A DNA stretch of 64,000 bases from Vicugna vicugna (lineage: Eukaryota), in contig MU058584.1 of the NCBI GenBank assembly GCA_013265495.1, positions 7,096,407 to 7,160,406 of the forward strand, written 5' to 3'. Every line of letters starts with the position of its first letter. Positions within the stretch are counted from its first letter, which is position 1. Both the position numbers and the translations under genes were made by a program. The notes under the pieces are model-generated. The model did no database searches. It was not told the origin of the DNA and was given only the letters and a program-made list of their open reading frames with translations. Of this stretch, positions 60,800-64,000 are shown one piece after another.

Positions 60800-63700
60800 T
60801 TACTTTGTAGCCTTAAAATGTTTAATAGATGAACTGATTTCAAGAACCTCATGAAATACTGTAAAATCAGCATTTTTCTAGACCCAATTATTATAAAAGA
60901 GCACTACTATTTCCTGGTAAAGGTGAAAAGACCCACTACCACGTCCATCACGTCATCTCTGCAGGACTGTGGATGCCAACGCGCACTTACGTATGAGTGT
61001 CTGTGTGACTTCCTAGGCACGTTCGTCTACGCAACTGGCAGGTACACAGCATTGTGCTGGCTGCTGTGGGGACACAGATAGCATGTGTTCTGTGCTATCA
61101 CATGCTTACATTCATCCCCCTTCATTGGGGCATCATGCTCTCCCTTCAATTCCTACTGACTTGTTCCAAGCGGCTTCTTAAATAAAACAGGAGCCAGAAC
61201 AGAACAGTTGTGTCCCCTTCTCCCTTATTCCACTTGCTTTCCAGAAAGAGTAAGACCAACATCAAACTTGGACAGGAGGCCCGAGCCCTACGTCAGTCTA
61301 AGGAGTGGTTCCATTTGTGCACAGCACTGAAAAAAGCAGTGCATGGACTGAGAAGTAGGGCGCCTCTCAGCTCCTTCTGACTCAGTGTCTGTCCACTGTT
61401 TCGTGGCCATTTCCTACGCAAACACAAGCCCTACACTGCAGTCTAACACAGACATGGAAATGCTTCTGGATCGACTCGTGCTCTTACTCCCCACTCACAG
61501 AAAAATAAAATGGATTCCAATCACATTTCCACATGAAAACACAAAATTAGACTAAAAAAACTGAAGTTACCCTTGACTTAGGAATATTGACTCAATATAG
61601 TTAAAGATATCTTCTAATGGCATTCACTCTCAACATGAAAACACAAATTTGTGCATATTGTCTAATCACAATACATACAGTCGGTGTGGACAACAGCGCT
61701 GACAGGCCACCAGGCAAGTTGAAGAGTGAATGGAAAACGAGAAATTTCTATTTTTTTCTTCTCAGTTTGTGTACGTGTATAACCATTTTCAGGATACCCA
61801 CATGCTGCACAATTGAAAGATGCCAATTTTTGCTATAAAGAATGCTGAAGTTAGAATTTTCTAAGGCAGAGGGTGACTGCACAGCTAACAAGCAACCTCC
61901 CGGAGAGCTAACACCAGGTATCTCTGTGTGTGATGTGTACTGACTACCCTTCCTCCACTTTAGATGATGTTCCATTTTCAATATTGAACTTTTCTTGAAT
62001 AAGAAACCCCCAAGTTTATAAAATCTGAGGGCCATTTCCAGTGAACTTTATCAGGATAGAGAAGCCAAAAGACCACAGGCATTACTGGGTTGTAATCAGC
62101 TGGAGGAACGAATTAATCAGTATTATAATCACGGAATTGTGGCAGGGTAGTAGGTTTCAGTTATTGGACATAAATCACAAGAGTATGTTCCAGGCATTAT
62201 AAAAACAGTGACCTGATCTCACTGGGTAACAGCTCAGTATTTAAAAAGCTACTTGAATTTTTCTGTTGATCTTCATTGTTGTTAAATAATGAGAGTTTTG
62301 GTGGTGGGAAAACTTCATTTTTCAAGTGCAAGGTGATCTCAGCTGAAGGAGAAAACGAATGATTAAGGGAGGGAGGGAAGGTAGTCCTGGCATCAATTTG
62401 AACATATTTTTCTTCGTTTTTGAAGGCTTATGTCTCCAAGGTTACCATAATAAAGTCATAAACATGACAGCCAGTTTAAGGGTCTCAGGATTAATGAACC
62501 TCAAGAAAGAACTGATAAACTGTGAACCAAGCCACCACTAGCACAAAGCTCTAATAGTGACACGTCCACCACCAGTATTCTCAGCAGCAATATATTTAAA
62601 TACAAAGAGAACTGCATATATGATATTGTCATATAAATATTTCCTTTATTTTTTCACAGTTAAAATTTTTTAAAATGTTATTTTCTTTTTTATATTTCTT
62701 TAAAAGCAGCATACTTCATTAAAGAAACATTGGAAATGTGGATTCTTTTTGAGAAATAATCATCCTCACTGATAGACGATATGGAGAAGTGAGATTTCTA
62801 CACCAACAAATGGAAGATTAACTACTGGTGAGTCTAGTTCCAATCCCAAGTAAAGGACACATGTATATGTCTTAGGGCTGATTGTGTCTTCTCGGTAGAA
62901 CATTCCTATTCCTCAACTATACATTAGCTACTGAAATTCTAAAAATGTTCATTCCCCTGGGTATCCTCTTCTATCAAAGGACTTGGTATTTATTATGTTA
63001 TTTACATTAATTAACATTTACAAAGGGTGGAGAGAGCACAGAGAACACCCTGCAGTATGTAAGACCTTGATCTCTTTTTAAATGTTCTTAGCGGACTATA
63101 ATATTTTGCAATTATATTCAGATCTTCACAGCTTGCAGGTATCTTGAGTACCTCTTAATCTGCTTTCTCCCTTCAAATTTCTTTCCATTCTAAACAGAAC
63201 ATTTTTGCTTCTTAGTACTAATCCTGTTGAACTAAAAAACAAACAAAAAGAATTCTATGTTTCATACATTTTGAAATAAAATGACCAAAGAAATAAACCC
63301 TAAAGGAATCATCCATTTTTCCTATTTAAATACTGGTATTTTCTATTCACCGTACTTCAAATTTCCAGTTATATATACATTGTGAAGATGTCCATGTACC
63401 CAAGTTTCTGCAGAACCTCCAGTTTTATTATAAAACTTCCTCCTCACACACATTAGACTACATATTTTCACTTGTTTAAACAATCCAAGGAATTTGGCAC
63501 ATTTTAAAGGTAACTGCACTTGTCACTGTTTTAAAACAGACTGAGATGAATGGTGACCTCAGCACCCAGGCTCCTGACTTTGGAGTCATTACTGTTGGCT
63601 AACTTGACACCTGAGTGTGTAACATCCATCTCCCAGGAGATAACCAGGCAAGGCAAAAATAGCAACCTCTAAGGAGAGGATTTTGCTACTTTTATCATTT

Positions 63701-64000
63701 CTGGTAAAAAGGCTACTTAAAAGTAAATAGGAAAGCTATTAATAAAAAGTAAGGAAACAAGCTACCTATGGATTTCACAGTAGGACCAACACCTCCTTAC
63801 TGGAGGCTAACTGAAAACAGACTGGGCTGTAATTTGTAGCTTCATGTTGGCCATTTTCAAATACTCCAGTGATGCTCTCCAATCATTTTACTATCTCCAG
63901 TTTTATGGCGCCACGCTACGCTTTTCGCACTGCTTAAATTTCCCATTTTCATAACCCAAATGCCAAAAAATTACCACACATTCCCTTATACAGTCAAAAA
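60800..64000 (-). other. VAMP4: Probable VAMP4 3'UTR (no coding exon in window)
   Basis: AT-rich, repeat-poor, with ATTAAA on the - strand at 60821-60826; VAMP4 is the next - strand gene in mammalian synteny. Position-based inference. Confidence 0.45.

Noticed and set aside
1..64000. CRISPR arrays, rRNA genes or prokaryotic-type operons
   Set aside because: No repeat-spacer periodicity or rRNA signature; the window is intron-containing mammalian DNA

Overview
Mammalian genomic DNA, probably camelid (it carries many tRNA-Ala-derived vic-1-type SINEs), in the conserved PRRC2C-MYOCOS-MYOC-(VAMP4) block. The + strand holds the last seven coding exons and 3'UTR of PRRC2C (1-~7880), then a two-coding-exon, 81-aa MYOCOS ORF (12761-15331) that the ORF track does not assemble. 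The - strand holds the complete three-exon myocilin gene MYOC (CDS 30446->20923, 490 aa). About 30 kb of repeat-rich intergenic DNA follows (solo ERV LTRs, L1, L2, MIR, MER DNA transposons). An AT-rich, repeat-poor tail (~60.8-64 kb) is probably the VAMP4 3'UTR. The most unusual signals: (1) structured elements in the last PRRC2C introns that hide cryptic splice sites, notably a long hairpin that pairs up a branch point and 3' splice site; (2) a SINE in the MYOC 3'UTR that creates a new AATAAA; (3) an overlapping YY1+CTCF motif upstream of MYOC; (4) an L1 with both ends but no ORF1 or RT region. Gene and repeat family names come from recognition or memory, not database searches, and repeat boundaries are approximate.
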